In this document: positions 27,025-39,635 of the stretch, in pieces
How the letters are laid out: each line of letters begins with the position of its first letter
How positions within the stretch are numbered: the first letter of the stretch is position 1
DNA from: Octopus sinensis
Lineage: Eukaryota
Direction of reading: 5' to 3'
DNA: 64,000 nucleotides
Assembly (NCBI RefSeq): GCF_006345805.1
Contig: NC_043013.1
Coordinates: 1,860,001-1,924,000, forward strand
Notes under the pieces: model-generated
What the model was told of the DNA's origin: nothing
What the model saw: only the letters and a program-made list of their open reading frames with translations
The model's database searches: none
Translations under genes and position numbers: made by a program

Positions 27025-27555
27025 CAGACTCATGTATGTAGCCGAAGATGGAAGAGGATGAAACAGAAGAAGTGAGAGAGTGAAAGAGAGAGAGGGGGGG
27101 GTGGAGGGGGGGAGGCATTCGAAATTAGCATAAATTCTGTCCTAGATTCGGTCCTGTAATATTTCTCGATGTCGCTGGCCGAAATAACTAAGAAGAAGAA
27201 GAAAACCTAAAAAGAATTCCGGCAAAACGTGATGTTTGTGTTAAAGGCCTGAAGCTTTCAATAATTTCGGGCACGTAGATATACAAGAGAGAAGAAAGAG
27301 CAGAGTTCCATATTTATTGTTTGGCGACAAAGTGTGAGAAATTCTATGATTCATTTGACCGGATGATCAGGCATTGCTTTATTCAGACAAATTTGGCCGC
27401 AATTTACGTTGGCGTCCTTACCTTGTTCAATTGTAAATTCGGGAGTTCATCTTCAGCCCACTTCCTTATCTTCACACACACACACACACTCACGAACGCA
27501 TGCATCTATACATACATACATATGTGTGTATGGACACATATACATACACACACAC

Positions 27556-27600
<45 letters not shown>

Positions 27601-28157
27601 ATAATATATATATATATATACATATAGATATATATATACATATAGATAGAGAGATAGATAGGTAGATATATATATATACATATAGATATATATATACACA
27701 CACACACATTTACATACATTATATGTGTGTTTGCTTAAATGTATATATATATATAAGTTTATATACATGTGGGCGTATGTGTGTGTGTGTGTATACATAT
27801 ATAGCACACATATATACACATAAGCACACATGTATATAAACATATACACACATTCACATATAAATAATCTATAGATATGCACATATATATACATGTATCT
27901 ATAGTATATGTATGTGTTTGTATGTGTGTGTGTGTGTGTGTGTGCATCTATATTGTCTGCTTTATAGCAATTGCGTATCAATATATCCATTTATCTATTC
28001 ATGTTTCTATTTACCAACATACGCCCATCTCTGTATGTATACACACATATATACATATATTGAGCTTATAGACTGTATTCATAAAAACAAATACTGTATG
28101 TATATATATATATATATATATATGTATGCGTATGTATACACATTAATACATTACGTG

Positions 28158-28194
<37 letters not shown>

Positions 28195-28349
28195 GCACAT
28201 ACATACATAAATACACACACACATGCACATACACACACAAGTATATATATGTCCATATGTACATGTCTATGTGTGTGTATGCATTTGTATGTATGCATGT
28301 GTGTGTATATATACATATGTATATGTATATATATATATATGTATGTATG

Positions 28350-28394
<45 letters not shown>

Positions 28395-28580
28395 GTGTGT
28401 GTTTGTGTGTGTGTAATGGTAGCTGAATGTCACGATTAAATATGTACGAAATATCTTGTGTAGCTATTGTAAATATTCAAAAATAAAAAACAAGAATACG
28501 GTGAAACATACACGCATACAAACATACCTAAATACATAAAAACGTTACTTATGCATACCCCCTCACACACACACACACAC

Positions 28581-28611
<31 letters not shown>

Positions 28612-28766
28612 TGTATGTATGTATGTATGTATGTATGTATGTACGTACCAATCTTACAAATTGACTGGAATAATTCTTTCGAACAACAAACTTGGTGTAG
28701 AGGATAAATATTCGTTCCGTACCGTCGGCTTTTGCTTTTCATTTGGTTCCCGACTTGCAACTCGCT

Positions 28767-28800
28767 ATGCTCTCTCTCAGAAACATTCCTTGCATCTTTG
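28767..28800 (+). CDS. Gene B exon 1 (start of signal peptide)
   Basis: ATG at 28767 gives MLSLRNIPCIF(G), then a strong donor TTG|GTAAGC in phase 1. Splicing to 32379 completes a signal-peptide-like MLSLRNIPCIFGLFWNMFHGINA. Confidence 0.75.
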
Positions 28801-28971
28801 GTAAGCATAAATTCTAATTTTTAAAATCTATTCCGTTTGCTCCTCTATTCTTTGAATGGTATCAATTACTGAACGGCGACCAAGCTGTAGCACTAGCTTC
28901 AATGAATTTTGTCAATCATATTGGTTCTTTCTCTATGTATGTATGTATGTATGTATGTATATATGTATCTA

Positions 28972-29044
<73 letters not shown>

Positions 29045-29417
29045 ACCTATTATCTGAGCATAATCCTATGAACCCGGAAAATTTAAAACAGAGGGTTACC
29101 TACTTGCAAACAAATGTGGTAACATGTAACATTATTGACCGAGGTTACCGTGGTCTTTTCCGTGGGCTTTTCTTCCCATGGATAAACCTTATCTACTCCC
29201 CCCTTTACACTTTACATCATGACACTGTGATACACGATCTCTATTGATCGTTTTTTTTCATTTCTTTTCTACTTTTCCTTTTTTTTCTTCTTTCCCTTTT
29301 ACGACCCCATTTGATCGAAAACCTACCCCACCTTTTTTTTTCCTCCCCAAAAAAGAAAAGCTCTACTTTGTAATCTGTCCCGTCTGTGTGCAGCCCTTTG
29401 TGGCTAATAAAGAAACA

Positions 29418-29418
<1 letters not shown>

Positions 29419-29499
<81 letters not shown>

Positions 29500-29511
29500 A
29501 TCTATCTATTA

Positions 29512-29593
<82 letters not shown>

Positions 29594-29600
29594 ATCTATC
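29419..29600. repeat. (ATCT)n microsatellite
   Basis: Seen directly. Confidence 0.95.
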
Positions 29601-29727
29601 TTTATCTATGTCTACCTGATAGTCTGTATGTAGGTATAATCTATATATGTGTTTGCGTATATGTATGTATGTTTATATGTATATACACGCACGCGCGTGC
29701 GCACACACACACTTGTAAGTTCAGTCA

Positions 29728-30135
29728 TGGCTATACGGTTAAGAAGCGCGCTTTGTAACCACGTCGTTTCAAGTTCAGTCTCACTGCGCGGCTTCTTGGA
29801 CCAACGAATATTTGGCTGAAAGAAACTGAAGTGTGTGTGCGTGTGTGTGTTCATGTATGCGTATATGTGTGCGTGTGTGTTTGTGCGTGTGTGTGTGTGT
29901 GCGTGTGTGTGTGTGTGTGTGTGCGTGTGTGTGTGTTTCTGTTTGTCACCCCACCATCATTGACAACTGGTGTTGGTTTGTTTATGTCTCCGTGACATAA
30001 CGGTTCGCCAAAAACAATCGACAGAATAAGTACTAGGCTTTAAAAACAAGTCCTCGGGTTGATTTATCTGCCAGAACCTTTGAAGGCAGTGCCCCAGTAT
30101 GGCCGCAGCCCAATGACTGAAACAAGTAGAAAGAT
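29728..30135 (+). mobile_element. SINE family B, degenerate, with internal (GT)n
   Basis: tRNA-like head at about 29728 and GGCAGTGCCCCAGTATGGCCGCAG...GAAACAAGTAG tail at about 30085-30130. Confidence 0.6.
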
Positions 30136-30181
30136 AAACGATATATACGTATGAATGAATGAATGTTTGTTTATACGCATG

Positions 30182-30215
<34 letters not shown>

Positions 30216-30666
30216 CTGTGTGTGTGTGTGTGTGTGTGTGTGAGTGTGAAGGTTGCTTTTCTTGATTACTTTTGAATGAATCCCTTTCGATAAGAATAAC
30301 CAGTTTGTAACATTAAACAAAGCTTATTACGAAACCTCAGAACTGGAAAATTCTGAATGTAATCACCATTTGATAACATTATCCAGTGGGTTTATATGTG
30401 TCTACCACACACACACATACACACATATATACACACACACACACACAAAATACACACGCACGCACGTACGCACACATACTCATACAAACACATGCTCACA
30501 CACAGATGAATCGGTACATCTGAGGATGTAGGCATGTGTCTGCATCTATGAAACTTTTAGTAATGTACAGCTGATTCAGCCTGTTTTAAATACTTCCAAA
30601 CTCCAACCAAATGTTGAGTGCTGTTTTCTTTTAACTATTGGTATGTGTTTTGTGTGTGTACAGATA

Positions 30667-31025
30667 TCAGGTTGTCCAGTAAGTTCTGAACGTCTTTTAA
30701 GAAGCATAAAGGAATATACTTCATGAACCATACTTTTAGAAGCTGCCAACTCCTCTACAAGTTCTCTAGTCATGGTATTTGAGTTTTCTTTGAGTTTTGC
30801 CTTTAAGAAATCTTCATCCAATTTTGAAGGTCTTCCACTGTAACTGTCATCTTCCAAGCTAAACTCTCCAGGTTTAAATATTGCAAACCATCTTCGAGCA
30901 GTTGATTCACCTACAGCATCATCACCATAAGCTGCACAAATGTTTTTGCAAGTCTTTGCGGCATTTTCTCCGTTTTTAAAAATGAAAAGCATTTCAATGT
31001 GAATATGAAAATTTTGGTTATCCAT
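30667..31025 (-). mobile_element. Mariner element relic, internally deleted
   Basis: MDNQNFH...FKNGENAAKTCKNICAAYGDDAVGESTARRWFAIFKPGEFSLEDDSYSGRP is a mariner HTH region. It runs directly into the terminus TA|TCAGGTTGTCCAGTAAGTTCTG at 30667, with no catalytic domain. Confidence 0.85.
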
Positions 31026-31199
31026 TTCAAATATTGATAAAGGGTAACCGGAATGAAAGATGAATCTATTTTTAGTCAGGAACAAAAAAGAGATGCACCA
31101 CCACTCTAAGCAATGCCAAAGTCTTAACTGTGCTACATTTCAGGTGTATTCAACGAAGCACTAAAAGATTTAACTTAAAAACACTGAGAACTTTCCGTT

Positions 31200-31335
31200 T
31201 TTGGAATTTACAAAAGGGAAAAAAGACAGGAGTGTAAACAACAAACAGGTGTATTAGTTTAACGCTCGGGAAGTGAGAAAGTATTTTATATTTCGAGCCT
31301 ACGCTCTTCTACAGAAAGGAACACGAGAAAATAAA
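31200..31335 (-). repeat. Short interspersed repeat; inverted copy at 37440-37600
   Basis: Both copies share CCTTTCTGTAGAAGAGC.TAGGCTCGAAATATAAAA...GAGCGTTA.ACTAATACA.CTGTTTGTT. The GAGC/GCTC stem before GAAA resembles Penelope-type 3' motifs (inference). Confidence 0.6.
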
Positions 31336-31381
31336 CGTATATATGCGTGTAAGTGTATGTATGTGTATGTTTGTATGGGTG

Positions 31382-31457
<76 letters not shown>

Positions 31458-32378
31458 TTGTATTTTTGTGTGTGCTGGTATGTACGTGCGTGTATGTGTT
31501 GCATGTGTGCGCAGTATGGTTGAATGGTTAAGAATTTTTCTTTGTAATCATGAACTTTTTGTATCGATCTGATTGTTTATCGATTTGGGTCACCCCAAGA
31601 TTTTTGATGAAATTTCGAAGAAAGAAACTGTGGAAGCCCCTCGATTGGTTATGTCTGTGATTTAATGGTTCGGCAACCTCGTCATACCATTGCGTTACGC
31701 TGATTCTGAGGATTGCATTAAGGTTACTTGTGTCTGTAGAGTATTCCAGCACTTATGCGGCAATAAGAGAGAAAGAGAAAGGATGGGCGGGGAACGGGGA
31801 TGGGGTAAAGATTGTGAAGGAAGATTAAAAAAAGGGCAAGAGGCGGCAGACACAGAATGAGGAGAAAGAACAAGAGATCAAAGGAGGTGGGTGGGGGGAT
31901 AAATTAGGGAGGAAAACAATGAGAGACCGAAGAAGAAAATGTGCAGATATAAACTATGGAGAAGAAATAAGAGAGATAAACAGATGGAGAAGGGTGTAAA
32001 TTAGAAGGAAAGAGTAAAAGAATTACGGAGACGTACTTGCACAGCAAGTGACCTGATCTGAGATCGTGTGCTGAAACAAAAACAATTGCAGCGTGGAAGC
32101 TGTTTAAAAGTCATTTAAAAACACACAAAAACCATTAGATTTATTTCAACATTTAAATTTAATTTGCCAAAATATTTTCGTCGCTTTGAGACCGCGACCT
32201 GTTCACTGACAAAATTCCATGCGGCATCTCTAAGAATGAAAGACTGAAAAAAAAAATTGAGACAGGGAAAGAAAGCGAGGTGGGAGGGAGAGAGAAGAAA
32301 ATGGTAGAAAAAGCAAGAAAAATCTATTAAATGTGTGCTTTGCTTATTTATCAAAAACATTTTTTTTTTGTTCGGTAG

Positions 32379-32648
32379 GTTTGTTCTGGAACATGTTCCA
32401 TGGCATCAATGCTAATTTCAACTGTCCCAAACCATACGGTTACTTCCGAGACCCCAACAACTGCACCGTCTTCTACCGTTGTGTCAATTCATACCCGTAT
32501 TTCTTCACGTGTCAAACTGGAGCTGTTTTTGATGAGATTCATGATATCTGTACATGGCCAATCAATGTACCCGAATGTTTGACAGACGATCAACATGTCA
32601 CAACAACGCTACCTCCCGAAACCATTCGGCCGACACGAAGTTCTATAG
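32379..32648 (+). CDS. Gene B exon 2: chitin-binding type-2 (CBM14/peritrophin-A) domain plus Thr/Pro linker
   Basis: Acceptor TTTTTTTGTTCGGTAG and donor AG|GTGTGT; 270 nt, phase 1-1. Six Cys spaced C-x12-C-x5-C-x9-C-x12-C-x8-C with typical aromatics (CPKPYGYFRDPNNCTVFYRCVNSYPYFFTCQTGAVFDEIHDICTWPINVPEC). Confidence 0.92.
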
Positions 32649-34534
32649 GTGTGTATTTCAATTGTTCTTTATATGTTGTTTTCTTATTCCTTTGAAATGG
32701 AATTCTTTCTGAGACAAGAAAGAACGTACGTTGTCAAGAATGTTGTAAGGTATCTGGCCAGTACTAAAATCTTCCTGAAGGGACAGTTCAAACAGATTTG
32801 TGACATTGAGTTATAACTTAGCTGAAATATTAAGTCAATCAAATTGTGATCTTGAGACCTAAATAAGTTGGTGTCTTGGGTTATGACCAAATTTCGGTGT
32901 TGAAATATAACCGGAGGTCAGTTTTATACAATGACCAAGCTGTGGTCTTGAAACTTGCGCTTGACGTATCAAATTCTTGAAACTGCATTATATCACAGTT
33001 AACTATATTTCTACTCTACGTGTTTGTCCGTCGGGACGACAAGGGCCATTTAGTCATTTTCGAAGGATGACTGATGACTGATGACTTGCGCATCGTCTTT
33101 GTTTAAAATGAAGAATTACGCGTCAATCTTAGTCTCTCGTCCGATCCGTGACCGTCTTCCCTCGAGACCAGGTCAAGACGACTGAAGATAGAGACGGAGG
33201 CGGGGAATGACTCAGATGTCCCGTCTTACTCTCAACACTTCACAATGCGTTGCTGCAGTTGCTCTCCTCGTCACTGACCCATGAAAGGTTTTTTAGGCAG
33301 AGTCTACTGGACACAGTCTTCTCGTGCATAAATATTACATACCCGTTGGCTACTCCCGCCTGGTCACAAGACCCTGGATATCATAGCTATTACACACTAC
33401 ATTATACTACACAGAAAAACTAAATCTCTGCCCACACTCCAGCTATGCTGCGCTTTGTTATACAATTCCCTGCATTTCTTTCTGCTCTACAAAAACACGC
33501 TGCGTGACATTCTACTACACCACAGCACCTTCCCTTCTGCTCTCTACAATGCAACGCATCGATTCAGAGATTTTAATGGGATCTTCGTCTGGGGATGAAC
33601 GGGGCTCATCGTCACTGAAAGCCTTTAAGGAGTGACAACATTGAATCATTGAATTTTGCCCTAAAAACGAACGGGTTGTGAGGAGAGAACTGTAAACCGA
33701 CGTTTCATTAACTTGATTCATCAGAGTGAAACTTCTACGCTAAGGATTCCATAAAGGAATGTGCGCGTGTGCGAGTGTGTGTGTGTGTGTCCATGCGTGC
33801 GTGCGTATGTGTGCTGTTATTATATTCAAATTGCCTATATTTTGGGCAGAGAAAAATGGAATTGTGTGGTGTCCAGGTCCTATTAGAGACGTGTTTCTGA
33901 AGTGAATTAATTTCTACTACAAATAGAAACCCGATCGATGAGAACGAATCTGAACGTACACTACACTCAATGATAAAATATTAGTCAGGCAACGAGAGAG
34001 CATCTACATTATCGTTCGACCAGCAAAAAATAGCAGCTAAATCTCCTTTAAATCACACCCTACCGTCTTTAAAAGTGAAAGACATCACCTTGATATTATC
34101 ATTTGGTTTAGATTACTAAGTGTATTTGATATTTGCTGTGCGCCAACACATTTCAATGTCAAATTCTATCTCAGAGAACCGGAGACATATACAAAGTAAA
34201 CTAACTTCTATGGTGGATCGAAACTTTGCCGCTGATTTGTTTTGTTTGGTATTTTTCTCCGACAATTCATCGTCATTTCTTTGAAGACATTAACTTCAAT
34301 ACCAGGCTTATAGTTCCATAATATACAAGTGACGAGACATTCCCTTATAAAAACTGTTATCCTGTGTGTAATGTAGCAATCAGAAAGCGGACGGTGAGTT
34401 TGATAGAATGCCGAAGAAAACAACCGAGAGATTGGCTGCACCTATTTTGAAATAGTGTTGCGTTCTGTGATCAAAATATTTAGTTTTCAACAGCTGAATC
34501 CACCCAGCTTTATGTGAGTTTCATGGTTTATAGT

Positions 34535-34948
34535 GCGAGCTGGCAGAAACGTTAGCACGCCGGGCGAAGTGCTAAGCGGTATTTCGTCTGTCGTTACGTT
34601 CTGAGTTCAAATTCCGCCGAGGTCGACTTTGCCGTTCATCCTTTCGGGGTCGATAAATTAAGTACCAGTTACGCACTGGGGTCGATGTAATCGAATTAAT
34701 ACCTATGTCTGTCCTTGTTTGTCCCCTCTATGTTTAGCCCCTTGTGGGTAGTAAAGAAATAGGTATTTCGTCTGCCGTTACGGTGTGAGTTCAAATTCCG
34801 CCGAGGTCGACTTTGCCTTTCATCCTTTCGGGGTCGATAAATTAAGTACCAGTTACGCACTGGGGTCGATGTAATCGAATTAATACCTATGTCTGTCCTT
34901 TTTTGTCCCCTCTATGTTTAGCCCCTTGTGGGTAATAAAGAAATAGGT
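34535..34948 (+). mobile_element. SINE family A head-to-tail dimer
   Basis: The first unit ends AAAGAAATAGGTATT and runs directly into the internal sequence GGTATTTCGTCTG of a second unit. Confidence 0.9.
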
Positions 34949-35451
34949 AGTAGTAAACTGTCTGTTCTGAATGAGCTGTCCTATGTTCCAAGGCGATCTA
35001 GCCGTGATCATCCTGTCTCATTTCCAAACAGAGCATATCTCGCACTAGGCTGCCAAATATGTTCCACCCATCGATCTCGGTCTCACCATGGACGGTTCTA
35101 ATAACGCATCAATTTTTATATGAGAGCCCCTTGCTGGTCCTTCAACCATTCTGTTTTTGGAAAAAGGTTAACTGTGAGCGACCATTCCCATTCCGCCAAT
35201 GACCCTTCCCACAGTCCAAACTTAGCTGATTCCGAGAGAAAAGAATCGTCCCCAGCACTCGATTGGTAATTCATTAATCTTTGAAGGATGAAAAACAAAC
35301 TTGACGCCAGGATTTGAACTCACAGCAGAGAAATCTGACTCAAGTAACGCAAGGTATTCTAAGCCACATTTTTACAACTCTTGTTAATTCGTTACCTTTT
35401 CAATGCATGAGTGTGTCAGTGAAAGACCGCTTTTATTTTATATTTCCACAG

Positions 35452-35651
35452 GCAAAAAGATAGTCACAGACAGCATAGTGCTGGAGATACCATCTGATTA
35501 TATAAGCGATGAATCTCAATGTAAATTCATCCAGTTGACTCTGAACGTTATTTTGCAAGCGTTGGTCCAAGGAAGTAGCGTCACTAAATGTCCGGATGGA
35601 ATATGCGCCGTACCAAGGATAGAAGTTGTCTGCAATACTGATTACAAATGA
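35452..35651 (+). CDS. Gene B terminal exon (4-Cys domain of unknown family)
   Basis: Acceptor TTTTATATTTCCACAG, phase 1. Translation (G)KKIVTDSIVLEIPSDYISDESQCKFIQLTLNVILQALVQGSSVTKCPDGICAVPRIEVVCNTDYK*. Confidence 0.75.
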
Positions 35652-35848
35652 TGGACAGTCCTTGCAAATTACAGCGAAATTAATTAAAAAGCTCAATTAA
35701 TATTGCAACGCGATTTGCTTTTCTTTCTTTCCTCCCGATACGTCTCATTTTCCTTCTCTCACTTCATATCTGTCTCTCTTTATCATGTCCCATGTTTCTT
35801 TGTCTAGCTTCCTTTTACTCTTTGCATAAAAGACGCACGGACATATTA

Positions 35849-37060
35849 TTAGGTTGGCAACTAAGTTCCCGCCGTTTTTTTTTTTTTAATTAAATTTTTT
35901 AAAAGGTTTAATAAAAATTACCAACTAATTAATCAATAATGTATTCACCCTTGGTGTTTACAACTTCTTCCTAACATTCAACAAGATTTTCAATACCTCG
36001 TTGGTAGAAATCACCCGATTTCGACACGAAAAATGGATCCAACCAAGCTCTCAATTCTGCATCAGTATTGAACGAAACTCCGCGCATAGCATTTGAAAGA
36101 GATCGAAAGAGGTGGAAATCCGTTGGTACCAAATCAGGAGAGTACGGCGGGTGTGGCAGCATTTCCCAGCCATGCGTTTAAATGGCTTCCTTGGTCATAT
36201 TGGCGATATGAGAGCGAGCGTTGTCATGCAGAAGAACTCCACGTTGCCGATTAGGTCTTTTCTCGTGAATAGCCGTGTTGAGTCGTTCCATCTGTTGAAC
36301 AGAGTTCCGCGTCGACCGTTTGGTTCCGTTCAAGCAATTCGTAATGGATAATCCCTTCCCAATCCCACCATATGCACATCGTTTTACGCGGATGAAGATC
36401 TTGTTTCACGCATGGTGTCGCTTGTTTACCAGGGCTAAGCCATTCCTTACGCTGCTTCATATTGAGGTTCAAGGAACCATTTTCCGTCGCCAGTAACGAT
36501 TCGGTAAAGAAATCGTTGCTTATGTCCATGAGTTGAGCGGTGACGAGCAAGTAAACCAGCAGAGATTGTGGCTCGTTGATTTTTGTTGTTCTCACTTAAA
36601 ACATGCGGAACCCATGCTCCATACTTCTGAACCTTTCCCATCGAGTGAAGATGCTTCTCTATAACAGTGTTTGACGAAGAAATTTTAGTGCAAAAGTTGG
36701 TTTAATCACTCTTCATCGAACTCAATTGGACAGCCAGAACGAGGTGCGTCTTTGAGGTCAAACTTTCCATCTTTGAACTTGGCATACCAATCACGAGCGG
36801 TTCTTTCAGCTATGGCACACTCTCCATACACAGCAGAAATGTCGCGAACAGCTTTTGCGGCCTTAGAACCTTGATTAAAAGCAAAAAGAAGGCGGTGTCG
36901 AAAATGCTTAACTTTTTCTTAACTTGACATTCCATTTTAATGATCTGAAAATAATCAAAAATTAACTAAAATTAACTAGAAAAAGAAAAAGATTTCAAAA
37001 TTATTCAAAAATAGATTCTAAAATTAAAAAAAAACTGCGGGAACTTAGTTACCAACCCAA
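35849..37060 (-). mobile_element. Full-length mariner (DD34D) element, transposase pseudogenised (about 35929-36935)
   Basis: TIRs TTAGGTTGGCAACTAAGTTCCCGC and TTGGGTTGGTAACTAAGTTCCCGC with TA on both sides. Motifs MECQVKK, WVPHVL, IVTGDGKW and HPPYSPDLVPTDFHLF; multiple frameshifts. Confidence 0.95.
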
Positions 37061-37377
37061 TAGATGCACCCCATTTTCATGTAAAGCAAAACGAAGAAAA
37101 AAGTCTGTTTTTATTGTATTAATGTTTATGGGAAGCCAAACATCTTGCAGAGGACCGGGAGTGGTTTGAAAAATGTTTTTTTCAGAAAAGGTTGTACGAG
37201 ATGCCATTGAATTCGATATTCGAAAAGCAAAACCGGGTAGTTCGGGTGTTAGTTCATTTCTATTCATTTCAAACAGCTTCGATAGAAAAACTGAAATATT
37301 AGGGTTTACTAATTATCACTAATCAGTAAATCTGCCTATTGAATGTTCCATGTGTGTGCGTGTTCGTGCGTACTTGC

Positions 37378-37411
<34 letters not shown>

Positions 37412-37593
37412 GCCATGATAGATCGTTAGCCACTACACACATTTTTTCTCTTCTTGTTTCTCCCCTTTCTGTAGAAGAGCATAGGCTCGAAATATAAAAG
37501 ACTTTTTCTATTCCTGAGCGTTATACTAATACATCTGTTTGTTTTGTACACCACCTGTCTTCGTCTTTTGTTGTGTTTCTTTTCGTAAACTCT

Positions 37594-37652
<59 letters not shown>

Positions 37653-38170
37653 GGTATAACGGTGGCTTGTTATAACGGCTGATTGGTTTCCACTTTTATA
37701 ATGTGGTGCTTTATTTTATTTATAGTTTCTATTTGGAATAGATAACTAATATAATTTATTTCTTAAATAAGAATCTATATTGATAAACCCGTCACTTATA
37801 ACTTAATTATAAGTATTATCATTATACATAAATCTCAACACAAGCTACATAAACGCCATAGTGAAAAGTATATATATCAAGACGCTTGAAAGGACATGCT
37901 GAATGTGCATGTATGTTGAAGATAAGTTCGTGTTCTTTTTCACTGCTATAAAAACAGTTTCATAATTGCAGAAATAAATTTCATTAACAGATTGGAAAGA
38001 AGTTGAGAAAGAGAAAATATTGACTACATTAGTTTATTTATGTACATTTAATATTTACAGTCCACTTAGAAATAAAGCAATTTGTCGTAGAGAGTTACGA
38101 CATAACTTCATTACTACCTAATTCTTTCATATTAACTATCAGAGTTACACAACAATTCAAATAAGCCTTA

Positions 38171-38570
38171 GGATCTTTTCGGTTTGAACGGCAGTTTTTT
38201 GAAATAATTTCCACGTAACTAAACACTTTTAAACTTCGTATACTGGTAGAATGTGTTTATAAAACATCTTTTTCTCTTGGCTTTATTGAGAAAATTCTAT
38301 AGTTTGTAAGATATTTGTTCTTTTTTCTTCTTCAATTTCAACCAATCAATTACGTCTATTGAGGTAAAAAAAATATTTTGTGCCGTATGAATATGTACCT
38401 CGTTTAAGAAACAGATTGGGTTTATTTACATTTGTGAAGAAAAAAAGATACCCTTCCCCCTAACTCTAAAACAGATTGAAATGTAATAGATCGATACTAG
38501 GGTCATAATTATGGGTGACAATTTCATATGACACTGCTAGAAAAAACTGCCGTTCAAACCGAAAAGATCC
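38171..38570. mobile_element. 400-bp MITE with 29-bp TIRs
   Basis: Starts GGATCTTTTCGGTTTGAACGGCAGTTTTT and ends with its reverse complement; no ORF; inverted second copy at 54508-54912. Confidence 0.9.
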
Positions 38571-38946
38571 CTAAATGCTCATTCATACCTGAATTCTAAG
38601 AACCGTATTTCGTGAAAGAATTCTCTTTGATGAAAGTTTAGAATTCAAATATGGGCAGAAATTTTAACCAATGGGAAACCAACAATTATACTTGTTCGGG
38701 CAACATGACCATTACGTCATATTGCTGCCTTTTACGACTTGCTTGCTGCTCGATACACAGGCAAAAGGGTTTCAATGTTTTGCGTAACTTAGAGCGACAC
38801 ACATGCATACATATATCCGAGCATGAATACCAGTGAAGCTGATGAAATCTTGACTTTCCATTTGAAGTGTCCATGTTTCATATACATAATCAGGACTTAT
38901 GTGCAGCCTTCAGAGATATTACTGGCACAGTTCACCTGAGCTGGTA

Positions 38947-39069
38947 TCATGATTTGTACACAACTTTGTAGACCTCTTGCAATGAAGGGTCGAAGCCCCT
39001 AATAAAAAGGAAACCGTTAGCAATGTCCAATCTCATATCAAGACCTTCAATGGTTGCATTCCGTTTTTG
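38947..39069 (-). CDS. Candidate terminal exon (gene C alternative or a separate gene)
   Basis: Acceptor GTTGTTTGGATTTAACAG, phase 0; QKRNATIEGLDMRLDIANGFLFIRGFDPSLQEVYKVVYKS*. The other two frames close early. Unidentified. Confidence 0.3.
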   Translation of the reverse strand, partial: QKRNATIEGLDMRLDIANGFLFIRGFDPSLQEVYKVVYKS

Positions 39070-39134
39070 CTGTTAAATCCAAACAACGTTTGTGATGACA
39101 GGAGAATTAAGTGATGTTTGATGGGCAATAATCC

Positions 39135-39635
39135 TAAATCCATTTCAAATTCTGGCACAAAGCCAGCAATTTCAAAGGAAGGGATAAGTTGTTACATTAA
39201 CCCCAGTATTCAACTGGTACTTATTTTATCGACTCTGAAAAGATGAAAGGAAAGGCAAAGTCAACCTCGGTGGAATTTGAAGCGGACGAGATGTTGTTAA
39301 GCATTGTGTCCGGCCATTCAAAGAGTCTGGCAGCTGAACACCTTAACAATAAGTCTAAATTGAAAAGTCATTTCACTCACACTGGTCACTGCCATCACTC
39401 ACTGAATGTTGAACTTAATACAATGAACTCATTTGAGGAAAAAAAATATTCTTTTCTACTCTAGGCACAAGGTCCGAAATTGGTGAGGGGGGGGCGTCGA
39501 TTAGATTGACCCCCAGTACGCAACTGGTACTTAATTTATCGACCCCAAAAGGATGAAAGGCAAAGTCGACCTTGGCGGAATTTGAACTCAGAACGTAAAG
39601 ACAGACGAAATACCACAAAGTATTTCGTCTGGCGA
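39135..39635 (-). mobile_element. Two family A SINE copies (39135-39335 and 39460-39635)
   Basis: Each contains ATCGAC.C..AAAGGATGAAAGG.AAAGTC.ACCT.GG.GGAATTTGAA. Confidence 0.75.

Noticed and set aside
25702-28808. Many long ORFs (MYVC..., HTYI..., YIYI...), also at 4306-4710, 5563-6076, 10893-11210 and 50206-50894
   Set aside because: They are translations of CATA, TA and CA microsatellites that lack stop codons in some frames; no coding signal.
33022-33520. GC-richer block that could be a solo LTR
   Set aside because: No matching TSD, no second copy, and the TG...CA boundaries are ambiguous.
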